Positions 46,249-56,705 of a stretch of DNA of 64,000 bases are shown in pieces (the first letter of the stretch is position 1; the number at the start of each line of letters is the position of its first letter). The translations under genes were made by a program, and so were the position numbers. Under the pieces are notes generated by a model that was not told the DNA's origin, made no database searches, and worked only from the letters and a program-made list of their open reading frames with translations. Origin of the DNA: an uncultured Acidobacteriota bacterium (lineage in GTDB: Bacteria > Acidobacteriota > Blastocatellia > RBC074); assembly GCA_963796275.1 (NCBI GenBank), contig CAWCKY010000006.1, positions 480,001-544,000 on the forward strand, given 5' to 3'.

Positions 46249-46456
46249 TTCAAAAATATTGAAGATTTTTGCCCCTTCTCGAGGCCAATGGCTGAACAAT
46301 CATACATTCGCAGGATAGCTCACCACATCCATTGTCACAATCTGTGGTTTGGTCCCTTAACGAAACGTAAAGATTGCTCGTACCTGGGAGGCCAGGAATC
46401 TGTGCGGACAAGAGAACTCTAAATTGTGTGAACTTAAGTAAATGATAGGAGAACTT

Positions 46457-49400
46457 ATGAGTAGGATTAAGGCACTTGGAAGACACGCTACGTTAACGCT
46501 TAGCGCTCTTCTGCTCACTTTGTTACTTGCTTTTACAGCATTTAGCCAGGAGACTACTGGAGGCATCGAAGGTACTGTCTCGGATGCCTCTGGCTCGCGC
46601 ATCCCTGGCGCTACCATAAAAATCGAAGGTGCTGCATTCACAAGAATTGTTACCAGTGGTAAAGATGGATTTTATCGTGTGGTTCAGGTGCCACCCGGAG
46701 TATATAAGGTCTCGGTGACTGCTGCTAATTTCAATCCCGCAATGGCTGAATCAGTAACAGTGGCTCTTGGGATCTCGACTCCGGTTGAATTCTCACTGAA
46801 AGTTGGACAGGTTGAAGAGCAGGTCATAATTACCAGTGACCAGGTTGCACCCGTCGATACCACAGCAAGTAAAATTCAAACCAACATCACATCTCAGCAG
46901 ATCGATCAACTGCCGAAGGGGACGAATTTCAGCAGTGTTCTGCGCGTTGCCCCTGCAGTTCGATCGGAACCGCTCGGTGCCGGATTTCAAGTGGATGGTT
47001 CCAGCGGGGCAGAGAACACTTTCATCATTGATGGTCAAGAGGTTACTAACTTCCGCACCGGGCAGTTAAATACCAACAACAATATCCCGTTTGAATTTGT
47101 GCAAGAGATCCAGGTCAAGAGTAACGGGTTCGAGGCTGAATACGGCGGGGCAACCGGTGGTGTGATCAACTTGGTGACCAAGCGCGGCAGCAACGAGTAC
47201 CACGGCAGTGCAGGAATGCAGTTCGAGTTCGACTCTCTATTCTCGAGAGGGCTGAGGGGGAATACTGTTGGCGAGACAAGCGATGCTGCATCAATATTCG
47301 GCAGGCCCACTATGCTGGCCGCGAACCCGTCAGTTTTCACACCTATCAACGCTCCCGGTGACGGTTTCAACAATTATTTTCCAAGCGCCACTCTGGGTGG
47401 TCCAATTGTCAAGAATAGGCTTTGGTTCTTGGGGAGTTTCTCTCCGCAGTTATTCAACGCCGAAAGAACACTTACCTACACAAACGGTGTAAGCGAGACG
47501 TTCAGTTCCAAAGTTAGGCGTGACTATGGTTTCTTTCGCCTTGATGGCGAGGTCTCGAACAAGATCAACCTGTTTGCCAATTATACATACAACACGATTC
47601 GCGTGCGCGGGGTGTTGCCCGACGCCTCGACTCTGGCACAATCTCAGTTCGTCACACCTCAGTCGTTAGGTGAGCAGGGTGGGCGCGTGCCTGCGGCGAA
47701 CATCAATTTCGGTGGTGTCATAACGCCGACTCCGTGGTTAGTCCTCAACTCTCGTTTCGGACGCAGTTATCTGAACGAGAAGATCAGCAGTTATGGCATT
47801 CCCCGCCAGGTTCGGTTCAATTGCGGCACGGGAAACACGGGGCTGGCTAACCTTACTCCGGCTGGAAGCTGTGCGGGCGGATTCAATTCAATTCCGACTA
47901 ACTCCCAGACAGACATGGATATCTCGACACGCAGGACATGGGATATCGATGCCAGCATTCTGACCAACAACCTCGCAGGTCGCCATCAATTCAAAGTCGG
48001 CTATCAGTTGAACGACATCAACAATAATGTTAGGGCAGGCTTCTTTGACACTGGCCTCATTGTCCTTCGATTCGGCGAGGCTTTTGTCGATGGTCTGGGC
48101 GATGCAGATGGCCAGGTCGGTTATGGTTATCTCCAGCGTTTCGAGACGAGTGGCCAGGCTGGCAGCAGAAACCAGGGAATATATTTCCAGGATAGCTGGC
48201 AACCGATCAACCGGTTGACGCTCAATCTCGGATTTCGTCTGGAGCGAGAGAATGTCCCGACGTTCGCCTCCAATGCGCCGGGCATCGAGTTCGGATGGGG
48301 GAAGAAGCCTGCTCCACGTCTCGGCGGCGCATTTGACCTGCTCGGCAACGGTAAGGTCAAGTTATTTGCGAGTTACGGTTGGTTTTATGACCGCTTTAAG
48401 TATGAGTTGCCGCGCGGCTCGTTCGGTGGCGACAAATTCCTGCGCGACTACTTCCCGATTCTGGCGGCGGATCCGAACTATACAACCTATACGAGAGATT
48501 ATGCTCTGGCAAACAGCGAGCTCCAGATCGATTTCAGGGTTCCGTCAAACGATCCAAGCGACAACCGGATCGATCCGGACCTTAATGCGGCGCGCCAGAG
48601 CGAGTTCACCACCGGTGCAGAGTGGGAGTTCTTCCGCAATATGGTCATGGGAGCGCGATTCACGCATAAGCAAGTTGACCGTACAATTGAAGATGTTGGT
48701 ATATTCGACGCAGGCGGTAATGAACTCTATTTCATTGCCAATCCCGGCTTTGGTGTTGTGAGTCAGCCTCTGCTTCCCGGTGTGCCTGCCACGCCAAGAG
48801 CCAAGCGCACCTATGACGCACTTGAGTTCCGCGTCGACAGGCGCTTTTCGAATAACTATCGCTTCACAGGGAGCTACACCTATAGCCGTCTATATGGGAA
48901 CTACTCGGGTCTCGCGAGTTCGGACGAGCGTGGCCGTTCCTCACCGAACGTCAATCGGTTCTTTGACCTGCCGTTCCTCGGATTCGATTTCCTTGGCAAT
49001 CCGGACGATGGCCGCCTGGCGACAGATCGCCCGCACGTCTTAAGGTTCGATGGTTCCTACGATTTGAAGTGGAAATTCTCTGCTCTGAAAAATCATGCTA
49101 CGCAGTTCAGCACGTTCTTAACTGCGCAGAGCGGTACACCGCTCTCAACCCGCTTATCTTTCTACAGCGCTGACACGTTCCTCAATGGTCGTGGAGACCT
49201 GGGGAGGACCAGTGCGTTTACGCAAACAGATTTTGCTGTTTCGCATAAGATCAGATTTGGCAGCAGCGAGCGCTATGAACTCGGGTTCGATTTCAACGTG
49301 CTCAACCTGTTCAATCAGAATTCGGTTACTGAGCTCTTTTCAAACATCGCTCCCGCTAACACCACTGCGGCCATTTTCGGCCTCCCCGATGAGGCCACTG

Positions 49401-49549
49401 CGATTCAGGCCGTCTTCAACGGCGGCTTGAGGGACCAATATATGGCCTTGATCAATGCCGGCACAATCGCACGTGATGCTCGCTATGGAGCTTCACGGAG
49501 TTTCCAGGCGGGTCGTGAGATGCGTTGGGGCTTCCGCTTCATCTTCTAG
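46457..49549 (+). CDS. TonB-dependent receptor, Oar-like (TBDR4)
   Basis: GSSGAENTFIIDG, FEAEYGGATGGVINLVTKRG, DRPH, C-terminal FRFIF. AGGAG RBS before ATG 46457. Confidence 0.93.
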   Translation: MSRIKALGRHATLTLSALLLTLLLAFTAFSQETTGGIEGTVSDASGSRIPGATIKIEGAAFTRIVTSGKDGFYRVVQVPPGVYKVSVTAANFNPAMAESVTVALGISTPVEFSLKVGQVEEQVIITSDQVAPVDTTASKIQTNITSQQIDQLPKGTNFSSVLRVAPAVRSEPLGAGFQVDGSSGAENTFIIDGQEVTNFRTGQLNTNNNIPFEFVQEIQVKSNGFEAEYGGATGGVINLVTKRGSNEYHGSAGMQFEFDSLFSRGLRGNTVGETSDAASIFGRPTMLAANPSVFTPINAPGDGFNNYFPSATLGGPIVKNRLWFLGSFSPQLFNAERTLTYTNGVSETFSSKVRRDYGFFRLDGEVSNKINLFANYTYNTIRVRGVLPDASTLAQSQFVTPQSLGEQGGRVPAANINFGGVITPTPWLVLNSRFGRSYLNEKISSYGIPRQVRFNCGTGNTGLANLTPAGSCAGGFNSIPTNSQTDMDISTRRTWDIDASILTNNLAGRHQFKVGYQLNDINNNVRAGFFDTGLIVLRFGEAFVDGLGDADGQVGYGYLQRFETSGQAGSRNQGIYFQDSWQPINRLTLNLGFRLERENVPTFASNAPGIEFGWGKKPAPRLGGAFDLLGNGKVKLFASYGWFYDRFKYELPRGSFGGDKFLRDYFPILAADPNYTTYTRDYALANSELQIDFRVPSNDPSDNRIDPDLNAARQSEFTTGAEWEFFRNMVMGARFTHKQVDRTIEDVGIFDAGGNELYFIANPGFGVVSQPLLPGVPATPRAKRTYDALEFRVDRRFSNNYRFTGSYTYSRLYGNYSGLASSDERGRSSPNVNRFFDLPFLGFDFLGNPDDGRLATDRPHVLRFDGSYDLKWKFSALKNHATQFSTFLTAQSGTPLSTRLSFYSADTFLNGRGDLGRTSAFTQTDFAVSHKIRFGSSERYELGFDFNVLNLFNQNSVTELFSNIAPANTTAAIFGLPDEATAIQAVFNGGLRDQYMALINAGTIARDARYGASRSFQAGREMRWGFRFIF

Positions 49550-49572
49550 GCGGAACTGATAAGTCAAATTAC

Positions 49573-49609
49573 AAGGCCCGCCCGAGTTTCTCGGGCGGGC
49601 CTTTATTTT
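49573..49609 (+). terminator. Intrinsic terminator of TBDR4
   Basis: 14-bp stem AAGGCCCGCCCGAG/CTCGGGCGGGCCTT followed by TATTTT. Confidence 0.85.
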
Positions 49610-49643
49610 ACCCTGGCGAACGGCTTCTGTTTCGTTGACAGGT

Positions 49644-50715
49644 CTATCTCACTTTGGCTCGTAACTGCCTGATGATGTTTTTGATCGATTCCGCATCGCG
49701 TGCGTTGGGCGTCTCTTTGAGGAATGTCTCTAACTCATCGGCAGCTTCTTTATATCTTTTGCTATTACTGTAGATTCTGTGCGAGGTGCATATGCACGTC
49801 GGTTGGAATGCGCTTCGCGCCCTGTTCAAATGCGCGTTTGAACTCAGCTTCTGCCTCATCGATCTTCTCCGTTCTCACAAGCGCCAGACCGAGGTAGTAG
49901 TGTGTTGACGGCGAATTCGGAGAGTTAGGAGCGAGCGTGAGTGAACGCCGGAGGGAGTTGATTGCTTCGGTGTATTGTCTGAGTTTTACTTGTGCGACCC
50001 CGAGGGCGTAATGACTGAGCGCACCATTGGGGTTGACTTCTATCGCCTTGCTCAACGCTTCGCGCGCTGGATCGTACTGCTCTCTTTTTACATATTCGGC
50101 GCCCAGGCGCTCGAGAGCCAGGTAGTAGTTAGGGAAGAGGCTGATAGCCTCTTTCATCTGAGCGATTCCGGTTTCTTTATCTGGCTCTCTATCGAGAGTG
50201 CTGACCGCGCGCTCATAAGCCTGCTGTGCCTCTTCGGGAATGTTCTGGACGAATATCACTCCTGCGTTGGCAGGTGCAGAGGGCGATTTCGATTCCGAAA
50301 GGGTTTTAAGTACAAAGTTTACTTGTTCATTATGGCCCCCTGAACCACCTGCATAGTACAGTTGGACTCGCACTGACTGTGCAACGTACTCCCCGATAGA
50401 CACGATCTTCACTACAAAATTACCTTGAGTCAGGTTGTTAAAGTTATACCGCCCTCCCGAATCGGTATAGGTTGTAGCGATTAACGTTTCGACTTCGTCG
50501 AGCAATTCCACACGGATACGGTTAACCGGCTGGCGGGACGTGTCGATAATAATTCCGTTGATTGTATTCCTTCCCTGCGCAACCGAACTGTGATACGTGG
50601 GGCTTTCTGCGCCTGATGCGTACATTTTATATACCGTAGAGAGTTCCGCTGGAGTTATTATCGCTATGAATACGAAGGTAAGATAGCTACTTAGAAGGAA
50701 TACTAATAACTTCAT
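49644..50715 (-). CDS. Exported carboxypeptidase-regulatory-like plus TPR protein, +1 indel near 49777
   Basis: TD.GG.Y.F.NL..G.F and TPR repeats. Removing one A restores HLAQIYSNSKRYKEAADELETFL, paralleling the C-terminus of 44811-45857. Confidence 0.82.
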
Positions 50716-51260
50716 AAAACAATCTCCGGTAGTTTTTTTGCAGTTCTAAAGATCTGTATCTTTCTCGCAACCACTGACAGCCGTTTTATAATTCACCGTA
50801 TTCGTTTGCCCCCAGACCTTCTGCAGCACGGAGCGCCGCTCGAATTCACCTCGCAAAAGGCGGTCGCCAAGTTCAAGGAGTTTGCACGAGGATTGAAATC
50901 CGAAGGTTTTATTTACATGAGTCATACTCGATTCTTCCATATTAGATTGACCGATAGTGGCGCGGCGATTTTAGCAACGATGGAGCGTTACCGCCACAGG
51001 ATATATAAAATGCCGGTACATACACTGGCGAAGGCATGAACAGGGCACAAAAGGAAACCTAGAAAGACTCTCTGCTTCCTCGCTCCAATCTTTTTGCGCC
51101 TTCTGTCCATCTTGCGCTTTTTAACGGTGAATGTTTCATGCCAATGCTCATTTCGGATTCCCTTGTTTCATCAGCCAACTTGTGGCAAAAGCTATTACAC
51201 GCATTTAAGATATAAACCACTGACAAACAAAATTAGGCACTCAGATCAGGAGCGAAGACC

Positions 51261-52604
51261 ATGAAAAACATCGATCGCCGTGATTTCATCAAATCCACCG
51301 CCGAAGCGGCCGCCGTCGGCGCGCTCGGTTTCAATATCAGAAGCTACGCGGGTAGCCCGAACGACACCATTCGCGTCGCCATCGTCGGCCTGCGCGGCCA
51401 GGGAAATTCGCATATCGGAGCATACTCGAAAATGGCCAACGTCGAGATCGCCGCGCTCTGTGACGTCGACGAATCGATTCTCAAGAAAGGTTGTCAGGCC
51501 GTAGAAAAGAACGGCAAAAAACCGAAAGAGTTCGTCGACATTCGCAAACTGCTCGAGGACAAATCGATCGATGCCATCTCGATCGCCACGCCCAATCACT
51601 GGCACAGCCTGATGGGCATCTGGGCGTGCCAGGCGGGTAAAGATGTCTATGTCGAAAAGCCCTGTTCGCATACCTTCTGGGAAGGCAAACAACTCGTCGC
51701 CGCCGCGCGCAAGTACAATCGCATAGTCCAGCACGGTACCAACAGCCGTTCGACTGTCGCTCTCCGTGAGGCCATGCAGAAGCTTCAGGAAGGCGTCATC
51801 GGCGACGTCTACATGGCTCGCGGGTTGTGCTTCAAGTGGCGCAACACAATAGATAAGAAACCGGATGAGCAGGCGCCGTCCGGAGTCGATTACGATCTCT
51901 GGCTCGGCCCCGCGCCCAAACGCCCGTTCAATCCCAATCGGTTTCATTACAATTGGCATTGGAATTGGGACTACGGCAATGGCGACATAGGCAATCAGGG
52001 CATCCACGAGATGGACATCTGCCGCTGGGGGCTGGGCGTCACCCTGCCCGAAAAAGTCTGCTCGATGGGCGGCCATTACATGTTCGAAGACGACCAGCAG
52101 ACGCCCAACACTCAGATCTCCAGTCTGGAATTCAACAAAAACGGCAAGAAGGTTCTGATAGTCTTCGAGGTACGTCACTGGATGACCAATAATGAAGCGG
52201 CAATCGGTCAGAAGCGCGATGAGAAGGGAATACTCACCGGGAGCAGCGACTGCATCGGCAACGTCTTCTATGGATCGGAAGGGTATATGGCTATCGAGGG
52301 ATATAATTCGTACAAAACCTATCTGGGCAGGAAGCAGGAGCCCGGGCCGAGCCGAAGAGAAGGCGGAAGCAACTGGGAGAATTTCATCCAGGCGGTCCGC
52401 AGCCGCAAGCGTGAAGACCTGAACGCAGATATCGAAGAGGGCCACCTCTCCTCCGCGCTGGTCCACCTGTCGAACATCTCCTACCGTCTCGGTCGCTCGA
52501 TCGATTTCGATCCGGCCAAAGATCAGATCGTCAAAGACTCCGAGGCCAACGCGATGTTGCGGCGAAAATATCGGCAACCATTCGCGGTTCCCGATAAGGT
52601 CTGA
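51261..52604 (+). CDS. Tat-exported Gfo/Idh/MocA oxidoreductase
   Basis: DRRDFIK twin-arginine signal, VGLRGQG, ATPNHWH, YVEKP, GNQGIHEMD. Confidence 0.93.
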   Translation: MKNIDRRDFIKSTAEAAAVGALGFNIRSYAGSPNDTIRVAIVGLRGQGNSHIGAYSKMANVEIAALCDVDESILKKGCQAVEKNGKKPKEFVDIRKLLEDKSIDAISIATPNHWHSLMGIWACQAGKDVYVEKPCSHTFWEGKQLVAAARKYNRIVQHGTNSRSTVALREAMQKLQEGVIGDVYMARGLCFKWRNTIDKKPDEQAPSGVDYDLWLGPAPKRPFNPNRFHYNWHWNWDYGNGDIGNQGIHEMDICRWGLGVTLPEKVCSMGGHYMFEDDQQTPNTQISSLEFNKNGKKVLIVFEVRHWMTNNEAAIGQKRDEKGILTGSSDCIGNVFYGSEGYMAIEGYNSYKTYLGRKQEPGPSRREGGSNWENFIQAVRSRKREDLNADIEEGHLSSALVHLSNISYRLGRSIDFDPAKDQIVKDSEANAMLRRKYRQPFAVPDKV

Positions 52605-52650
52605 ACATCTCGACGATTTTTGATGCAGATGAAATAAGCGATCATCCAGG

Positions 52651-52700
52651 CAAGCGGAACAGGCGTGGAATGCCCATGTTTACGCCGGTTCCGCTTGTTT
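52651..52700 (+). terminator. Long hairpin, probable terminator
   Basis: CAAGCGGAAC.GGCGT / ACGCC.GTTCCGCTTG followed by TTT. Confidence 0.55.
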
Positions 52701-52938
52701 CGTATTCACTTGACTCCGCTACACGCAAGGTATAGTGTCCATCCGCGGATTAATACTTCCCAACATAATAAAAACGATTCACTCCGGAATAGCTTTGCTG
52801 GTAGGCGTTCAAGCCGTCTCGCATGACGTCTTGAAATCTACGAAATAGTCTCAGTGATCAAGTTTCAGTAATTGGTAACAAAAAAACTGAAAACTTATTA
52901 CTGGACTATCAAGACCCACCAGGAAAAGGAGAATTATT

Positions 52939-55900
52939 ATGTTCGCGACCCCCTCAAAGGTTCGGGCATCGGGCTTCGAACTTCGCATATTTTTGTTATT
53001 ACTGGCTGTACTTTTACCGATTGAGATCTCGGCCCAGAGCACCAACGCTACGCTCAATGGCACGGTCCTCGATCAGAGCGGCGCCGTAATTCCCGGCGCC
53101 GAATTGACGCTCATAAATACTGCCACGGGATTTGAAGCCAGGTTCACTTCAAATGAGAGAGGTGAGTTCACTTTCCGCAACTTGACGCCAGGCACATACG
53201 ATTTAAAGACGGCCAGACAGGGTTTTCAGAACTATCTGAAAAAAGGGATCATTTTGACCATCAACTCCAATGTCCGGGTTGACGCTACCCTGACTGTCGG
53301 TGGTCAGTCCGAGACTGTTACGGTCTCAGGCGATACCTCGCTGATCAATCATGAAAATGCCACGTTGCAGGGAGGCATCGCGCCCGATACGCTCAATAAT
53401 TTGCCGATCGTCGTCGGTGGTGCGCCCCGTTCATCGATGAGTCTGGCGGTGCTCCTTCCCGGCGTCACTACCAGCAGCAGCGGGCAGGCATTCAATTCCC
53501 GCATCAATGGCGGGTTGCAGATGGGCGATGAGGCTGTTTTCGATGGAGTCAGCATGCAGCAGGGTTTCATGAATCAGTCCGGGATGGTATCGCTCCAGGG
53601 CGATTTCCAGATGTCGCCGGATATGGTCAGCGAGGTCAAAGTGGTGACATCGAATTACGATGCGCAGTATGGTTCGACGACCTCCGGCCAATTAATTGTG
53701 GTGACCAAATCGGGCGGGACCGATTACCACGGTGCGCTTTTTGAATATCACCGCAACCGGGTGCTCAATGCCCGGCCCTGGAATGCGATCGAGCGCCCAT
53801 TCAACATACAAAATAACTTCGGCGCGAATATCGGCGGTCCGGTCTGGCTGCCAAAGAAGGTCTTCGGTCCGGCCGGTTACGAAAGGAACGGGAAATATCG
53901 GACGTTCTTTTATTTCAACTGGGAATCGTTTCGCGCCGCAGGTGGCGCCAATGTGCCCACGCTAAATATCCCCTCGCTTAAAGCTCGGGTCGGAGATTTC
54001 ACAGACTGGAGAGACGCCAATGGAAATCTGATTCCGGTCTACGATCCCCGGAGCACCACGGCCAATCCGGCGTTCAACTCGGCTCTCCCGGCGAGCGCAA
54101 CTAACCAGCCGGTTTTACGAAATCAGGTCTCGTGCAATGGCGTGCTCAATGTGATATGTCCCGGCGAGATCAACCCGATCGCGGCGGCTTATCTGGGTTT
54201 CATGCCTGAGCCCAACCGCCCCGGCGAACTCAACAATTACGTGCTACCGCGGGCCGTGCCAAATACGTTGATCAATGGCTCCAATGTCTACATGTTCCGG
54301 ATCGATCAGCACATTGGAGAGAGCGACCATTTCTATTTCACCTACTGGCGGCAATTTGCGGCGATCAATCTGGCATCGGCTCTCCCGGTCCCGATTGCCA
54401 CCGAGAGTCCGACCAATCCGCAGAACTCTCCCATTCCACGCTTCAACTGGGAGCATATATTCAGCCCGAAGCTGACGAATCACCTTGCGGTGGGTTATCT
54501 CAACAGGAATGAAGGCTACGGTTCGCTCAACCTCGATTTCGTCGGGCAACTACCACAAGTCAGGGGGGTGGCCAGCAACCTCTACCTGCCCGAGTTCCAA
54601 TTCGGTGACAGCTTCGGACAGACAGGTCCCGGCATCTTCAATCAGATAGGCAACAGCGAGGGGATCAATGCGCGAAACATCACCACTCGTCCGACGTGGG
54701 TGGTGAATGACCTGCTGAGCTATGTCACCGGCAACCACACCTTGAAGTTCGGCGGCGAATGGCGCAATGCTGGAGGCAACATACGGCAGGGGACGAATGA
54801 ATCTGGCATGTTCCTATTCCGGAACGATACGACCAGCCTGCCTTTCATCAACAGTGGAAATCCAATTGCCGGATTTCTATTGGGAGCGGTCAGCCAGGGG
54901 AGCGTCGATTTCCGATCCGTCAGCGCATGGTATCCGCGCCAGTGGGTCTACGTCGTTCACGGCGGTGACAGCTGGAAGATCACGCCCAAGCTGACGGTCA
55001 ACTATGGCGTGCGCTGGGACGTCTTCACGCCTTTTCGCGAAAAATTCAACAATCTATCTTTCTTCGATCCGGCAGGGGCGAACCCGGGAGCCGGCGGACG
55101 TCCCGGGCGTCTGGCTTTCGCAGGCGATGATTACGGGGAGGCCAGTTTCGGAAGAGAGCATCCGGAAGAGACGTGGCAGAAGGGGTTCGCGCCGCGATTT
55201 GGCGTAGCGTACTCCTGGGATCAGAAGACCGTTATCCGTGCAGGTTACGGCGTCTTTTACACCCAGGCCTTCTATCCCGGATGGGGCGGGGGAATGTCGC
55301 TCGATGGTTTCAACGTTCAACAAACATTCAGCACGACCGGGTTTAACAATATCGTGCCGGCTTTCTATCTGCAGGACGGGTTCCCCCAGAATTTCCAGCG
55401 GCCGCCGTTCATTAACGAGGACTTCAAGAACGGTCAGGACATCCTCTATCGCCCGGTGGATGCTAATCGCCGGTCATACGCTCAGCAATGGAACTTGACC
55501 ATAGAGCGCGAATTACCGCAGGGCATATTCGCCAGCGTGGCATACGTCGGCAACAAGGGCACGCGTCTGCCGTCGAGCCTGCAGCCGCTCAACGTGCTCA
55601 ATCCGAACGATCCCAGAATCCAGAGCCTCGGTGCGAGCCTGCTAGAAAACTTCCGTCCGGGCGAGACGGTTAAGTTCGCCGGCACTCCTAACGAGGTCGC
55701 GATTCCATATGCCGGGTGGAGGGAGCAAATGCAGAGCTGCGCGCCGAGCGTGGCGCAGGCGCTCTTGCCCTATCCGCAATACTGCTCGCGCCTCCAGGGG
55801 CTCAACGAGAATGTGGGCAACTCGATCTATCATTCATTCCAGGCCAGGGCGGAGAGGCGGTTCAGTAAGGGCATCTATATGTTCTTATCCTACACCGCGT

Positions 55901-56622
55901 CGAAACTGATCGCGGATGCATCCGACACAACCCAGCGGGGGAGCGGCGATCTTGATAACACGCAATTGGTCTTCTCGCCATTCCAACGCGATCGATACCG
56001 CACGCTCTCCGTCGATGATGTTCCGCAGGTGCTGTCCGCGGCTATCGTGTATGAATTGCCATTCGGGAAGGGACAGCGGTGGTTCACTGGCGGCGTGGGC
56101 GGCGCGATATTAAGCGGGTGGCAGGTGAGTACGATTTTACGATACTCGCGCGGCATTCCGTTCTACTTCCGCTCGGGACAGTGCGATGTGCCTGAACAAT
56201 TCCGGCAGCGATGCGCGGTCGGGGTCTTATCGGGAGCGAATCCATTCATGCAAGATGTCAACGACTTCGATCCGGGCAGAGGCCCGCTCTTCGACATCAA
56301 CGCCTTCGAGCCTCTCTCGTCATTCACGCAGTTCGGGTATACGGGAACCGGATTGCGCATTACCAATCTGAGGGGACCGAGCTTCAAGAACGTCGACTTC
56401 AATTTGATCAAGAACATCCAGATCAACGATAGGATGAGGTTCCAGCTGCGAGGGGAGTTCTTCAATCTCTTCAACACGCATTACTTCGTCAATGCCAGCG
56501 GTTTCAACATCGGCGGAAATCTGCCGTATAACACCGATATCGCCAGCCCGACGTTCGGACAATGGACTGGCAATGTTTCCGATCCCAGGACCATTCAGAT
56601 AGGCGCGAGGTTTGAATTTTAA
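52939..56622 (+). CDS. TonB-dependent receptor (TBDR5)
   Basis: V.DQSGAVIPGA, SNYDAQYG...VTKSG, FAPRFGVAY, C-terminal ARFEF. Confidence 0.93.
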   Translation: MFATPSKVRASGFELRIFLLLLAVLLPIEISAQSTNATLNGTVLDQSGAVIPGAELTLINTATGFEARFTSNERGEFTFRNLTPGTYDLKTARQGFQNYLKKGIILTINSNVRVDATLTVGGQSETVTVSGDTSLINHENATLQGGIAPDTLNNLPIVVGGAPRSSMSLAVLLPGVTTSSSGQAFNSRINGGLQMGDEAVFDGVSMQQGFMNQSGMVSLQGDFQMSPDMVSEVKVVTSNYDAQYGSTTSGQLIVVTKSGGTDYHGALFEYHRNRVLNARPWNAIERPFNIQNNFGANIGGPVWLPKKVFGPAGYERNGKYRTFFYFNWESFRAAGGANVPTLNIPSLKARVGDFTDWRDANGNLIPVYDPRSTTANPAFNSALPASATNQPVLRNQVSCNGVLNVICPGEINPIAAAYLGFMPEPNRPGELNNYVLPRAVPNTLINGSNVYMFRIDQHIGESDHFYFTYWRQFAAINLASALPVPIATESPTNPQNSPIPRFNWEHIFSPKLTNHLAVGYLNRNEGYGSLNLDFVGQLPQVRGVASNLYLPEFQFGDSFGQTGPGIFNQIGNSEGINARNITTRPTWVVNDLLSYVTGNHTLKFGGEWRNAGGNIRQGTNESGMFLFRNDTTSLPFINSGNPIAGFLLGAVSQGSVDFRSVSAWYPRQWVYVVHGGDSWKITPKLTVNYGVRWDVFTPFREKFNNLSFFDPAGANPGAGGRPGRLAFAGDDYGEASFGREHPEETWQKGFAPRFGVAYSWDQKTVIRAGYGVFYTQAFYPGWGGGMSLDGFNVQQTFSTTGFNNIVPAFYLQDGFPQNFQRPPFINEDFKNGQDILYRPVDANRRSYAQQWNLTIERELPQGIFASVAYVGNKGTRLPSSLQPLNVLNPNDPRIQSLGASLLENFRPGETVKFAGTPNEVAIPYAGWREQMQSCAPSVAQALLPYPQYCSRLQGLNENVGNSIYHSFQARAERRFSKGIYMFLSYTASKLIADASDTTQRGSGDLDNTQLVFSPFQRDRYRTLSVDDVPQVLSAAIVYELPFGKGQRWFTGGVGGAILSGWQVSTILRYSRGIPFYFRSGQCDVPEQFRQRCAVGVLSGANPFMQDVNDFDPGRGPLFDINAFEPLSSFTQFGYTGTGLRITNLRGPSFKNVDFNLIKNIQINDRMRFQLRGEFFNLFNTHYFVNASGFNIGGNLPYNTDIASPTFGQWTGNVSDPRTIQIGARFEF

Positions 56623-56624
56623 TT

Positions 56625-56705
56625 TCAGTGCCTCGAACGGTAGCGGGCTGAGTCCCACCAATCGCCGATTGATGAAAACTTGCTCGCTACCGCCCGCGGT
56701 ACTGA
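56625..56705. repeat. REP-like inverted pair overlapping the TPR stop codon
   Basis: TCAGTGCCTCGAACGGTAGCGGGC ... GCTCGCTACCGCCCGCGGTACTGA. Confidence 0.7.

Noticed and set aside
50746-51039. Short ORFs between the TPR and Gfo/Idh/MocA genes
   Set aside because: No RBS or recognisable motif; overlapping opposite-strand candidates are equally weak.
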